Source: an uncultured Actinomycetes bacterium (GTDB lineage Bacteria; Actinomycetota; Thermoleophilia; Gaiellales; Gaiellaceae). Taken from it: a DNA stretch of 64,000 bases. The stretch spans positions 1,277-65,276 of the forward strand of contig CAVRXC010000009.1 in NCBI GenBank assembly GCA_963724995.1. The letters are read 5' to 3'. The position numbers were made by a program, and so were the translations under genes. The notes beneath the pieces are model-generated. The model ran no database searches. It worked only from the letters and a program-made list of their open reading frames with translations, and was not told the origin of the DNA. Shown piece after piece: positions 1-11,627 of this stretch; the stretch's first letter is position 1; each line of letters starts with the position of its first letter.

Positions 1-269
1 ACCAAGGTCGCTTTGGCCGCAACCGAAGTCGAGCGCTTCGCCACGACCATCGGAGATTTGAGCCGCCAGCCACGACCATTCGATCGCGCGGTCGCCAGAA
101 AGGTCGAGTGTCGCCTCACCGTCAGCACGCTGGCCTACGGTCGATCGCGCGATGAAACGCACCCCGCCCGGGAACCGCGAACCTGAGCCTACGCAAGGAG
201 CCGCTCCGGTACCGACTGCGAAACGACGCGCGTGACTGTCACGACAGGGAGGGGTGGGTGTAGTCTGGA

Positions 270-1331
270 GTGGCTGGATCGCGCGCGCTGCGCGGTTTCG
301 CGGAGAAGGCGCTCCTGCGAGTCACGCGACCGATGGCTCCAGTCCTGTTTCTGATCTTCAACCGCCCGGACCATACCGCACGCTCCTTCGCGGCTATCCG
401 GCAAGCACGTCCTGCGAGGCTGTACGTCAGTGCCGACGGGCCTCGCCCGGATCTCGCAGGCGAAGCCGAGGCATGCGCACGCGCCCGCGCCGTTGCCACC
501 GCGGTGGACTGGCCTTGCGAGGTGCATACCCGCTTCAACGACACCAACCAGGGTTGCCGACGGGCGATCTCGGGTGCCTTAGGTTGGTTCTTCGAGTGCG
601 AGGAGCAGGGCATCGTTCTGGAGGATGATCTGGTAGCCGATCCGACATTCTTCGCGTTCGCCGGCGAACTCCTCGAGCGCTACCGCCACGATGAGCGCGT
701 GTTCTCCATCAACGGCAGCAACTATGGCTACGTTCCCACTTGGCCCCAGAGCTATGGCTTTTCCATGTTCATGAACATGAGTGGCTGGGCTTCGTGGAGG
801 CGGTCACACCGCCTGGTAGACCCCGAGATGACTGAGTGGGCTCAGCGCCGGACTGGGCGCATCGGCGTGCTGTACCGTGCCTTACGAAGGCCGATCGTGC
901 GCCCGGAGTGGGAGAGAATCCTGTGGGCGTCGTACTGGTATGACCGGTTCAACGCAGTGATCGATCGGAGAGTCGATTCATGGGGCTACACCTGGGTATA
1001 TACGGCTCTGCGCTCAGGGATGATTTCAGTGGCGCCGCGCGTCGGCATGGTGCATAACATCGGGTGGGGCCCGGGAGCAACACACACGCCAGACTCAGAG
1101 GATCCCCGCGCCTCCATTGCGGCCGAGCCGATGACCTTTCCTTTGCATCATCCGGCGAGGATTGCAACCGACATCGCGTATGACCGTCACGCCATGGACG
1201 TCTGGACTCGCTACCGGGAGGTGTCGTCAACGCGAGTTCTTATCAGGAGGGCAGCGTTTGACATCGCCCCGTCGTCAGCGGAACGCCTGACCAGCGCAAT
1301 GCGGAGCGCGCGCGCAGCACTTCACCGTTGA
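270..1331 (+). CDS. GT-A fold nucleotide-diphospho-sugar transferase (HlpA-like glycosyltransferase)
   Basis: PVLFLIFNRPD...YVSADGPR, IVLEDD (DxD-like), WASW and VHNIG motifs typical of this family; alternative ATG at 333. Confidence 0.75.
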   Translation: MAGSRALRGFAEKALLRVTRPMAPVLFLIFNRPDHTARSFAAIRQARPARLYVSADGPRPDLAGEAEACARARAVATAVDWPCEVHTRFNDTNQGCRRAISGALGWFFECEEQGIVLEDDLVADPTFFAFAGELLERYRHDERVFSINGSNYGYVPTWPQSYGFSMFMNMSGWASWRRSHRLVDPEMTEWAQRRTGRIGVLYRALRRPIVRPEWERILWASYWYDRFNAVIDRRVDSWGYTWVYTALRSGMISVAPRVGMVHNIGWGPGATHTPDSEDPRASIAAEPMTFPLHHPARIATDIAYDRHAMDVWTRYREVSSTRVLIRRAAFDIAPSSAERLTSAMRSARAALHR

Positions 1332-1495
1332 TCTCGTTTCTCGTGCGAATCGGCGCAATGATCCGAAAGGGTCTCTGTCATCGCCCTACGATGCACTCGA
1401 CAAGCGGGAAACCTCGTGATGGCATCGAGGCGGGCTGGGATGCTCGGGTGTCCGCGTTCGACCTGGTCTGAACCGCGGTCGCTAACCTCATTTCG

Positions 1496-3593
1496 TTGCG
1501 CTCAATCAGCATCTTGGTCATCGTCGTCGTCGCGCTCGCCGGCGGCGTGCCCGTCCTCCTCGCCAGACGGCGAAGCAAGGGACAGCCCGCGGAACTCTCC
1601 TGCAAGCCCATCGATCCCCGGCAGCAGACCGAGGTTCCATTCGGCACTCGCTCGCACTGGCACCAGCCGTGGCGCGCGTACCTCGACACGGTCCCCGCCA
1701 CCACGCTGCGCGACGCGATCGGGATCAACTTCAACGTCGAGCCCTCCGAGGCCGAGGCGACCGCCCGCATGCTCGCGGCGAACGGTTTCCGGCGCGCACG
1801 CATCGAGATCGGCTGGGACCGGATGAGCTATGACGACCCTGGCCTGCTGCGGCGACAAGAAGCGCCTGCGGGCGCTGGTCGGCGCTCTGGCGCGCCACGG
1901 CATCCGGCCTCTCGTCCTGCTCAACGCCAACCACGGCGTGCCCTGTCCGGTGCGCCGCTTCACGGCCGGGCTCGCCGCGCCGGCCGCGGCCGGAGCCCGC
2001 AGCGTACGCCTGACGCGCCGCCAGCGCGAAGCAGGTCGTCCCGGGCCGCAGCGGGCTCGACGGCCCCGGGTACAAGGCTGCCGGCGTGATCTTCACGGGA
2101 GTCTGCGCCGGACGGAACGGCCACGCTCTCGAAGCCGCTGCCGCAGCGTCTCAACGCAGGCCCCAAGGCGGCGACGACGCTGCGCTTCGAGCCCTTCGGC
2201 CCGCCACGGCTGGCGAACGGGCGCCCGAACCCCCACTTCGAGGAGACGCTCGTCGGATGGCTCCGCTACGTGCTGGCGGTCGTGCGGGAGACGCGCGCCG
2301 TGGTCGGAAGCGAGGACTTCGACGTCGAGATCTGGAACGAGCTCACCTTCGGCTCCGACTTCCTCGACCAGGGGACGTACTACCAGCCTGCACGGGAGGC
2401 AGGCCAGGGGCGTGTAACCGACGAGATCCTCCGTCGTACCGTCGCCTACGCTTCGCGCACCCTCGAGCCCTGTCCCGAACATCGGGATCGGGAACGGCTT
2501 CGCCAGTCAGACGCCGTTCCCCGCCGGGTCGACCAGCCCGCCCGGGTTGACCGCGATCGACAAGCATCCCTACTACGGGATCAAGCGCTTCCCCCGCGAC
2601 TCGGTGTTCAACTTCCTCGAGCCGCTCGACGCCCTCGGCAGGAAGAGCTACGACCAGCAGACGTCGCCCCAGGGCGAGCTGGTGCGTCGCGACCGGTTCG
2701 TGCCGCGCTACGACGCCCTGTTCCCCGAGTACATCCTCACGGCGATCCAGACGGAGACGCTGATCCGCGATATCTCGCCGATCACCAACGACGTGAGCGG
2801 AACGCCGCACGGGCGCAAGACGCACCCGCGCGGCGCCGCGCCGCCGACGGTCTGGATCACCGAGGCGAATCTCGATCCGACCGGCGCCGACCCGAGCGAC
2901 CCGACGAATCCCGGAGGGTCGATCGCGCGGCTGACTCGACGGGACGTGGAGCACCTGCAGGCCAAGGCGGCGCTGCGCTACTACACGGCCTTCGTCAACA
3001 AGGGCGTCTCCGCGGTGCATCTGTTCGCCGTGAAGGGGGGCGCCACGCTCTCGCTCGTGAACCCGGGCTTCTTCGAGCGGCTGCGCCGCTCCGGAGGGCA
3101 ATACCCGGGCGCCGACGCCGGAGGCGAGACGCCGCGAGCGGTGCGCCGTCTCGTGCGAGGCGCTGTCAGGAGCCGTGCCTCTCACGCGGACGCGACCGCT
3201 GTCGCTTCTTGCGGTGTCGGATGACCATGGTCACTTCCAGTTCCGCGGTGACGGCACCAAGGCGCACCCGACGCTCTACGACCGCGACGTCACCACCTTC
3301 TTCCCGTTCCAGGTGCGCCCGGGCGCTGGGTCGCAGCCGCCTACGTCATGACCCGCAACCTCGCGAAGCTCTATCGTCCGGGCGCGTCCGGTCCAAGCCG
3401 CTACGACCTGCCGGCCGCTCTGTTCCGTCTCACCATCGGCGGGCTGAAAGCAGGCCCGATCGAGGCGCGGGCGACGGATCCGCTCACGGGCCGCTCGGTG
3501 CCGGTGAAGGTGCTCGGGCGCAGCGGAGGACGGGTCGTCGTCGAGCTTCCCCTGACCGACTCGCCTCGGCTCATCTCGCTCGAGCAGCGCTGA
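1496..3593 (+). CDS. Large secreted/membrane-anchored protein, possible clan-A glycoside hydrolase-like TIM barrel (several frameshifts)
   Basis: N-terminal hydrophobic segment; RARIEIGW, EIWNEL and VWITE motifs; stitched from ORFs 1496, 1830, 2270, 2547 and 3348. Confidence 0.5.
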
Positions 3594-3600
3594 AGGCCGC

Positions 3601-4642
3601 TCATCGTGTGCGAATCCCGCGGAGGAAGCGGTCGGCGATCGCGTCCGACGTGAAGTGCGATTCGAACAACGCACGCCCCGACGCGGCTGCCCTCGCCCTG
3701 CTGATCGTCGGCGGCTGCGAGTAGCGCCACTCTCTCGGCGAACGCATCCGCGCTTCCGACCTCTACCAGCTCGAGGCCCGCCGACTTGAGAACCGAGTCG
3801 GTCAAGGCTCCACTCGTTCCGACGACGGCAACCTCCTGTTGCAGCCCGGCCATGAAGCTCGTGCGCCGCGTCGACACACCGTCCGCGAACGGGGTCAGCA
3901 CCAGGTCGGCCGCCGCCACGTGTGCGGCGAGCCGTTCTGCGGACAGTCGGCCGGGCCGGATCACCGGCACGTCGGCGGGAACGCCATCGACCCCGGACGC
4001 TCCGGCTCCCAGCTGGAGGAATGTCGCCGGCCTACCGTCGGCCGCGATGCGCCGCAGCGACGACGCCACATACGAGGTCAGATGCGACGGATGCCCACTG
4101 GTCAGCGTTGCGACGACGAGACGGTCGGAGACGCCGAGCTCCGCACGGACATCATCTCGCTCGGCGCGTGCGTCTGGCAGGGTCGACCCCGAAGGGAGAT
4201 GGGCCGTCCGGCGGACGCGGCTGAGCTTCGCCGCCCACGGCTCGATCGAGGCGAACGAACGGTCGGCAAGCACGAGCAGCGCCCCCAGCTGGAAGCGCTG
4301 CCATGCCCCCATGAGCAGCGACTTTCCGTCGTGAATCTGCACGAAGGTCTCGTGGACGACGAGAACCACGCACGGGCGCGCTGCGCGGCGCCTCACGCCC
4401 GCGATGTCCCGGATGAGCGACGGCGCGAACCCCCAGCGCCCGTAGAGAAATGGGTTGTACGGCACGGCGAGCACGTCGGAGCTCGACGCGGCGCCGCGCA
4501 TCGCTCCCGGCACCCACTCGACGAGGCTCGCCTCGTGCCCTCGACGGTTGAGCGCGTCGACGAGACACGCGGAAGCGTCGTGAATCGCGTTGACCCCGTC
4601 GCCCTCACGCGTCAGCACCGAGATCCGGAGCGGCTCCGTCAT
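3601..4642 (-). CDS. Glycosyltransferase family 4 (GT-B), frameshift near C-terminus
   Basis: ADLVLTPFADGVSTRRTSFMAGL region; alternative frame gives the C-terminus GRALFESHFTSDAIADRFLRGIRTR-stop at 3601. Confidence 0.75.
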
Positions 4643-4922
4643 CCGAGCCGTATACTCCAACGGTCAAGGACATCCTCACGACGAATCGAGTCTAGGCTGA
4701 TGCCCGGAGTCGGCCATGGGATGCCCGTCGTTCCTTCGTTCGACACACATCGACCTGGCACGTTCCGAGCGAGCTCCCGGGTTAGGCTCCGACGTGTGAG
4801 GAGCGCGGCGATTGTCACCAGCTGACGCCCGACCGACGGATTCGACCGGGGACGCAGGCAGGCTTCCCGATTCATCGACGACGTCGAGCCGCCGGATGGC
4901 CTGCCGGGCGTCCCGGGGAACG

Positions 4923-5862
4923 ATGTCGACTTCGTCATCGAGGGAGCTCTGCTCGTTGTCGAGTACGCGTCGGCCGAGACCGTGGCGACGCTGCGACGGG
5001 CCGGCATCCGCTCCGTCCTCCTCAAGGGGCCGCTCCAGCAGCGATGGCTCGCGGACGCCGGGCCGCCGCGGGTTTCGATCGACGTCGACCTGCTCGTCGC
5101 CCGCGCTGACTTCGAGGCCGCCGAGAACGCACTCGCCGCCAGCGGCTACTCCACGGCGCCGACGCTTCCCAGCGATCCTGGCTTCGACCATGCCCGCGTC
5201 TGGACCGCACTCGGCCGCGTTCCGATCGAGCTGCACTGGACGATCGTCGGCGCCGACGAACGTCGGGTCTGGGAGGTTCTCGCAGACGAGACCGAGACCG
5301 CGCAGATCGCAGGTGAGCATCGTCGAGATCCCGAACGAAGCTGCGCGGTGCCTGATCGTGGCATTGCATGCCGCGCAGCACGGAGTCGGCGCGGCACAGA
5401 CTCTCCACGATCTCGAGCGAGCCCTCGCGACGGCCGGTGAGGATGTGTGGGTGCGGGCGCTCGAGCTCGCCGTCGCGGTGGGGGCCGAGACGCCCTTCGT
5501 CTGCCGCGCTCGATCTCACTGCCCGCGGCCACGCGCTCCGCACCGCGCTCGGGCTTCAGTCGCCCGGACTGACAGACCGCGACATGCTGGAGCTTCTCAC
5601 CTCGCCACCCACCGCTCGCGGCTTCTGGGGACTGTCGCGACACCGCAGCGCCCCGGCGAAGGCGCGGTTCCTCCTGGCGAAGCTCGTTCCGGCACCCGGG
5701 TTCATGCGACTCCGGTACCCCGTCGCCCGCAAAGGCCTGCCCGGTCTTCTCTTCGCGTACCTGTACCGACTGTGGTGGCTGGCCCGCTGGGCGGTCCCGG
5801 GGCTGCGCTCCTGGCGGAGGTCCCAGCGACTCGCGCGCGACAGCCGGTCGCGCGAGCGCTGA
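4923..5862 (+). CDS. Nucleotidyltransferase family protein (NTP_transf_5-like, lasso-cluster associated), frameshifted
   Basis: VLLKG, DVDLLV, IELHW, LHAAQHG and LHDL motifs spread over ORFs 4982, 4812 and 5368; start approximate. Confidence 0.75.
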
Positions 5863-5934
5863 CGAAACGACGTCAGCCTCGAAGCCACGGCCAGCTAGCG
5901 GCGGCTCCGGTCTTGCCGTTGGAGTAGCGTTCTC

Positions 5935-6634
5935 ATGATGTCGACGGAAGACGGAGTCGCCCGAGACTTGTCGATGTTGGCTCTGTCCGTGGAAATCCTG
6001 AATGCCTCGGCCAGTCGTAGGCGACGCATCGTCTCGGCGCTCGAGCGCGACGGGATCGACGTTGCCGAACAAGCTGCGCGGTACGGAACCTCGCAGGAAC
6101 CGGCACGCGCACGCTGCGACGCGGTGGTGGTCGACCTGCATCGCGCGGACTCGAGTGCGGACGACTTGCGCGCGATAGTCGAGCAAGCGGGCGGAACACC
6201 CGTCGTCGTGATTTCCGCGGCGTCCGACCGGCGCACCATGCGGCTCGCGCTTGCAGCCGGCGTGGACGGCTTCGTCCTCGACGACGAGCTCGAGGCGTGC
6301 CTTCCGGCTGCCGTCCGCGGAGTCTGTGCCGGGCAATTGTCCCTGCCGCGCGGCGCCCGGGACATCGTCGCCAGACCGACGCTGTCGACACGCGAGAAGC
6401 AGATTCTCGGAATGGTCGTGCTGGGCTTCTCGAACGGTGAAATCGCGGCACAAGCTCTCGCTCGCGGAGAGCACGGTGAAGAGTCACCTGTCGTCGACAT
6501 TCTCGAAGCTCGGTGTCCGCTCTCGCAACGAGGCCACCGCGATGATCCTCGACCCCGACACCGGGCTCGGCACGGGAATCCTTGCGATCTCGGAGGAACA
6601 CGAGCGGCTCGGGCCTGTGGATGCTGCCCGCTAG
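5935..6634 (+). CDS. NarL/LuxR-family response regulator (REC + HTH), frameshifted
   Basis: DAVVVD receiver-like segment; LSTREKQILGMVVLGFSNGEIA continuing in another frame as LSLAESTVKSHLSSTFSKLGVRSR. Confidence 0.8.
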
Positions 6635-6747
6635 CCTCCGCTGCGCCATGGTCGAGACGGTGAGGACGGTCGTCGCAGCCACGAGGTACGATCATCGGGT
6701 TCCGAGAACGTGAACCGTGAGTACTGAGAACCGGGGGAGGGGGATCA

Positions 6748-7059
6748 TTGCGGCCGTCAGATCCCGAAGCTCGCGCGTCGCTGCTCAGCTCCTCACTGGT
6801 GGTTCCTCAACACGTCGTGCACCGGGCGTTCGCCACGGAGACTGTCATGTTGAATCTCAAGACGGGCATGTATCACGGCCTGAATCCGACCGGGGCGCGG
6901 ATGCTGGAGGCTCTGGAGCGCAGTCCGACCGTCGGGGACGCAGCAGCCGACCTCGCGGTCGAGTACGGCATTGGCCGACAAGAGATCGAGGATGACCTCT
7001 GTGACCTCTGCTCACAGCTACTCGAGCGGGGGCTGCTCGAACTGAACGACGGTGGGTGA
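6748..7059 (+). CDS. PqqD-family RiPP recognition element (lasso B1)
   Basis: ETVMLNLKTGMYHGLNPTGARMLEAL...LLERGLLE, the canonical PqqD/RRE pattern. Confidence 0.88.
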   Translation: MRPSDPEARASLLSSSLVVPQHVVHRAFATETVMLNLKTGMYHGLNPTGARMLEALERSPTVGDAAADLAVEYGIGRQEIEDDLCDLCSQLLERGLLELNDGG

Positions 7060-8070
7060 GGCTGACGAGCGGCGCTCCCCACGTGGTGCTGCCACGCGGG
7101 ATGATCGCTGGCGGGGACGTGCATTCGGTATCGAGGTGGTGGCGCAATCGCCCGTGCTGGGCATCCCCGAGGCGAACGGGGCGTCGACAGGCCGTCTGAC
7201 GACGGTGTACGTTGGTGTCGGCGGTCGAGCTCGAACGACAGTGGCGTGGCGTCCCCGGTCGAGTCCATCATCGACCGACGGTTCGCGGACGGCCGTCTGA
7301 TGATGAGCGTTGAACGCGCTGACAACGTGGGCTACCGCATCTATGCGCCTCGACACGGCAGACACATCGTCTCCAGCGACGGTACGACGCTCTATTCCGC
7401 CCTGCCAAGCGTTCCGGCCTGGCGCTGGCAGCGCCTGCTGTTCGCTCAAGTGCTGCCCCTCGCTGCTGCGCTTCAGGGGCTCTCGCTCCTTCATGCGAGC
7501 GCGGTCGCTCTCGGCGGCCGCGCGTTCGCGTTCCTCGCGCCGTCGGGCACCGGCAAGACATCTGTGGCGGCGCACCTGGTCGCGCGAGGGGCGTCCCTCC
7601 TGACCGACGACGCGCTCGCCGTCGAGCCCGTCCCAGGTGGGCTCCTGGCGCATCCGGGGGCAGGCATGGCGAGCATCGATGAGGCGGAGTTCCAGGCCAT
7701 GTCACCCGAGGGGCGCGTTCGGTTGGGACGGCGCCTCGGGCGCAGTGACAAGTCTCACTTCGCGCTCGAGGTTGCGCAGCGACCGCTGCCGCTCACGGCC
7801 GTGTACTTCCTGCGGCGCGACGGGCAAGCCGAGCGCTTCTCCATCGAGCGGTGTCGGGCCGTCGAACCTGGCCGCCTTCTCGGCAGCGCTTTTGTGAACT
7901 TCGTTCGCAGGCCGGATTATCTGACCCGTCAGCTCGAGGCATGCGCCCTCATTGCCGAATGCGTTGACGTGTTCGAAGTCGTGGTGCCGGCGACCTTCGA
8001 CGCCCGCCGGGTCGCCGCCCATGTGGAAGCGCATGCGCAGGAAGCACGCGACCAGGACGTACGCGCTTGA
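7052..8070 (+). CDS. HPr-kinase-like lasso peptide kinase (PadeK/PsmK-like), frameshift near 7240
   Basis: LHASAV, Walker A APSGTGKT and LTDD, giving an intact His-Lys-Asp-Asp set; overlaps B1 and B2. Confidence 0.8.
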
Positions 8071-8515
8071 AACTCGCGGCAGCGATCGAGGAACTGACAG
8101 GGCCCCTGTCTCCGGTGCAGAAGCTCAGCCTCGCAGGCGAAGTCGTGGCGACCTATGTCCGAATCAGATGGACACTTGCCCGCGGGAAAAGTGTCCCCGA
8201 AACGGTCGAGATGCTTCGTGCAACTGCTCCGCCGCCTGAAGGCCCACTCGAAGACGATCGAGCCGAGAAACTGGTCAGGGCTGAGACTGGGACGAGCCGT
8301 GGGAAAGACGCTCGGCGTGCTGCCCGCAGACGCTCGGTGCCTCATCCGGTCGCTTGTGCTCACGAGCCTCCTCGCGCGGCGAGGAATCACGTCATCGCTC
8401 GTCATCGGTGTCAAAGCCGAGCCCGAATTCGGTGCGCACGCCTGGGTCGAGAGCGGGGGCACCCCGCTACTGCCACCCGAGTGAAGGCGAGTTCACCCGG
8501 CTCGTGGAGATTTGA
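8067..8515 (+). CDS. Lasso peptide B2 leader peptidase (transglutaminase-like), frameshifted
   Basis: CLIRSL (catalytic Cys), LVIGV, FGAHAWVE (catalytic His); stitched from ORFs 8067 and 8155; likely true end SEGEFTRLVEI-stop at 8515. Confidence 0.85.
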
Positions 8516-8545
8516 CTGCGACTCGGCTCGAGCACGTGCGCGATC

Positions 8546-8575
8546 CCGGCCAGCCGAGCTCGCGGCTCGGGCCGG
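8546..8575. terminator. GC-rich hairpin between convergent B2 and precursor genes
   Basis: CCGGCC-AG-CCGAGC-tcgcg-GCTCGG-GCCGG imperfect inverted repeat. Confidence 0.4.
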
Positions 8576-8615
8576 CGGTCTGGTCGAAGCGACAGCGGAA
8601 GCTGCTCCGCGCTCG

Positions 8616-8789
8616 TCAAGCAGGCGAGAACGCCGTGCCGTCGTTGCCCATCGGCACGTCCGCGTTCTCGAAAGTACCGGCGCGCGTAATGTCGACGAGC
8701 GTTCCGTAGTCGACGACGCGTAGGGCGCTCGTACTCCGGCACTCGACCTTCTCCTCGTACTCCGGCACTTCCTTCTCGTGGCTCTCCAT
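8616..8789 (-). CDS. Lasso peptide precursor (57 aa); predicted core AGTFENADVPMGNDGTAFSPA
   Basis: AGGAGAG RBS before ATG 8789; leader ends VVDYGTLVDIT-R with Thr at -2; a YERP motif appears in the adjacent frame; core starts with Ala and has Asp8; lies directly downstream of the cyclase. Confidence 0.85.
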   Translation of the reverse strand: MESHEKEVPEYEEKVECRSTSALRVVDYGTLVDITRAGTFENADVPMGNDGTAFSPA

Positions 8790-8910
8790 CTCGCTCTCCT
8801 GTCGGTTGATGTCGCAGAACCTCGTAGGGAAAACCCTAGATTGGGCGTCAGGTGTCCGCAAGACGAAAAAAGTGCCGGTCTAGGTGGAAAAAAGTACGAA
8901 TCTCGGCGCG

Positions 8911-10771
8911 TCAGACGCGGTGCACCGAGGGCGCACGGACGTCCGTCTGGGCCAGCATGTCGTCCACGAAGCCGGGGTCGGCCTGTGCGCGCAGCCAGCA
9001 CTCGCCGGCGATGAGACGCCAGATCACCGTGCCCCACGGCCCGGTGTATCTGCCCGGTGCCGGCCGGTCGTGGAGCCAGCGGTGCCGCACCCACTCCATG
9101 TCCGCGTATGCGCCGATCTCCGGGTCGGGGGCGGTCGAGGAGGCGCTCGATGCCCGGTGCGTCCGCGTTCGTGAGGATCTCGAAGCAGAAGGACGAGAAG
9201 TCCGCCTTCTGGTTGCTGAGCCTCACCTCGTCCGGGATCAGATCGCGCATCGCGTGTCGGGCCAGAGGACGCGTGTGCTCCGACGCGAACGCGAGCTCCG
9301 GCGGGAGCCTCAAGCAGTAGTCGATGAGGTCGAAGTCGTACAGCGGCGAGTCGTTGACGACGCCGGCGGCGGCCCGGTGACGGAGGTAGTCGATGCGCAG
9401 CTCGCGGTTGGGGCCCTCGACGAGCCGGTCGCTGAGGTAGCGCCACCAGCGCGGGCCGGACGAGCCGTGTTTCCAGGCCCACGGGTCCTGCTGCTTTGCG
9501 AAGGCGGCCCGCCGCGCCGGGGAGAGCCACAGCGGCCCGCCGTCGCCGTCCCGACCGCTCAGGCGCTTTCTGGCGTTCCGTAGCCCGTACGGGAGGGCGC
9601 CCTTCACCCCGATGTACGTGAGCGCCCACCGGCGCTCCCGAGGAGTTGCCGGGCGGCCGAGCGGCCAGCGGCCGGTGAGCCGAAGCGCGGCGATCAGGCG
9701 CCCGTGTCGGAGCAGGTCCGAGAGGAGATACGGCGCGAACCCGAGCGTCTCGTCGCCTGTCTGCCCGTCCAGCATGACCTCGACGCCCTCGCGTGCAGCC
9801 TCGTTCATGATCGCGCTCTCGACCAGGCCGCCGGCGCCCAACAACGGCAGACCCCACCGCTCGACGTGCTTGAGAGCGAGCCACAGCGCACCCTGGGGTT
9901 CGACCTTGAAGGTGGCCGGCTCGATCCCCAGGGACTCGGTGAGGCGCTGGACCTTCCAGCCCTCGTCGAACGACTCGCCGGGGAACACTGCGGAGTACGT
10001 CCGCAGCTGCGTGCCAGGCTCGCGCTGGCGGGACGCGATGGCGGTGACGATCGACGAGTCGAGACCGCCGCTGAGCACCACGCCCGAGAGCCGTGGCGAG
10101 AGCCTGCGCCCGACCGAGCGCTCGATCTCGGCCCGCAGGCCCTCGGCCAGCTCGTCCCGCGTCCCGCTCATGGTCCCCTGGTAGCGAGGCCGCCAGTACC
10201 GGCGCTGCTCGCCCGCCTTGGCGCCGAGCTCGACCAGCCGGCCCGGGGGCAGTCGGGCCACGCCGTCGTACAGCGTGCGGTCAGAGGGGCACGACCCACC
10301 TCCCAGCCAGCCGGCGAACGCGGTCGAGTCTGGTCCGGGCGTGGCCGGGAGCACCGAGAACAGGTCCTTCAGCTCGCTCGCGAACGCGAGCCGGCCGGTC
10401 CCGCGCCAATAGAAGAGCGGCTCCATCGCGAGCAGGTCGCAGGCAAGCAGACCGCGCTGGCTCCGGCCGTCCCACAGTGCGAGCGCGTACCGTCCGCGGA
10501 GCTCGGTGAGGATCTCCTCGCCGGAGCGCCGGTAGGCGCGAGCGACGAGCTCGGCCGGGTTCCCGCCGTCGACATCCAGCTCTCGTGCGAGGCCGGAAGG
10601 GTCGTACAGGTAGCCGCTCAAGACGCAGGTGACGTCGTCGACGTCGGCCCAGGCGGCGGCGGGTGCCGGGTCGAAGGCGATCGCCAGCGGGCCCCGCACC
10701 ACGTGCTCGAGCCCTTCGGTGTGCACGCGGTCGAGGGCAGCGCCGGCTCGGCTGAACACCCCTTTGAGCAT
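8911..10771 (-). CDS. Lasso cyclase (asparagine synthetase-like, C protein), frameshift near 9130
   Basis: Degenerate GATase-like N-domain (RLAFASELKDL), LSGGLDSS ATP-PPase loop, DGQTGDE; C-terminus in ORF 8911..9099. Confidence 0.88.
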
Positions 10772-10823
10772 CAAGCTCTCGTTTCCCGAGCGCCGGGAGT
10801 GCTGAGCTGCGGCGCTCGCACGC

Positions 10824-11627
10824 TCAGAACTCCAGGATCGTGCCGCGTCGCCGACTCTGGCGGAGCATTGCGGCCATCACCACGATCGCGACGGGCACCA
10901 TGACGACGGCGAAGCCTGCGAGCTTCGCCACCTCCAGCCAGGCCGGGTCCGCGAGCGGCTGGCCCACGAGCGACCAGCGGAGGAGATCGACGGCCGGAGT
11001 GAACGGCTGCACCTCGGACATCCACCGCACCCACCCCGGCAACAGCGCGACCGGGAAGTAGAGCCCGGAAATCAGCGCGATCCCGACGATCAGGTAGCCC
11101 GCGCCGGGAGGGGCCTTCTTGCCGATGACCACGCTCGCCTGAAGCAGGATCCCGAACGGTGCGAACGCGACGATCGCGAGCAGCGCCAGCGGCACGGCGA
11201 GCGGGACCGTGGACCACTGCAGCGCAAGGCCGAACACGACTGCCGCAAACACCAGCATCGCCATCACGGTGAGCAGCGCGTACAGCGCCGGGAACAGCAG
11301 CAGCGAGACGATGCTCGCGATCGTTCCTCCCGGCGCGAGCAGGAGCCGTTCGAACGTACCGGCCACGAGCTCTTGACGCAGCGCCATGTGGGGCGTCGTC
11401 AGCGTTGCGGAGACGACCGTGAAGATCAGCACGCCGATGGTGACGAAGGCGAAGTACTCGTCGGAGGAGAACGAGTTCTCCAGCCGGACGAGGCGGGAGA
11501 TGTAATAGAAGATGGCGATGTTGGCGAAACCGCCAACCAACCCGGTCAGGAACCGCCCCCGGTAGCTGGTTGCCACCAGGAAGTCCCGCTCGAGCACCGC
11601 AAGCGCCGGTCGAAGCTGCGTGATCAC
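10824..11627 (-). CDS. ABC-2 type exporter permease
   Basis: About six hydrophobic segments, ELVAGTFERLL, SGLYFPVALLPGW; GTG start overlaps the ATPase stop (GTGA). Confidence 0.85.
   Translation of the reverse strand: MITQLRPALAVLERDFLVATSYRGRFLTGLVGGFANIAIFYYISRLVRLENSFSSDEYFAFVTIGVLIFTVVSATLTTPHMALRQELVAGTFERLLLAPGGTIASIVSLLLFPALYALLTVMAMLVFAAVVFGLALQWSTVPLAVPLALLAIVAFAPFGILLQASVVIGKKAPPGAGYLIVGIALISGLYFPVALLPGWVRWMSEVQPFTPAVDLLRWSLVGQPLADPAWLEVAKLAGFAVVMVPVAIVVMAAMLRQSRRRGTILEF

Noticed and set aside
8411-8910. C-terminal extension of the 787-aa cyclase ORF across the precursor (cyclase-precursor fusion)
   Set aside because: A frameshift near 9130 causes the read-through; the cyclase-like C-terminus is in ORF 8911..9099 and the precursor has its own RBS in another frame
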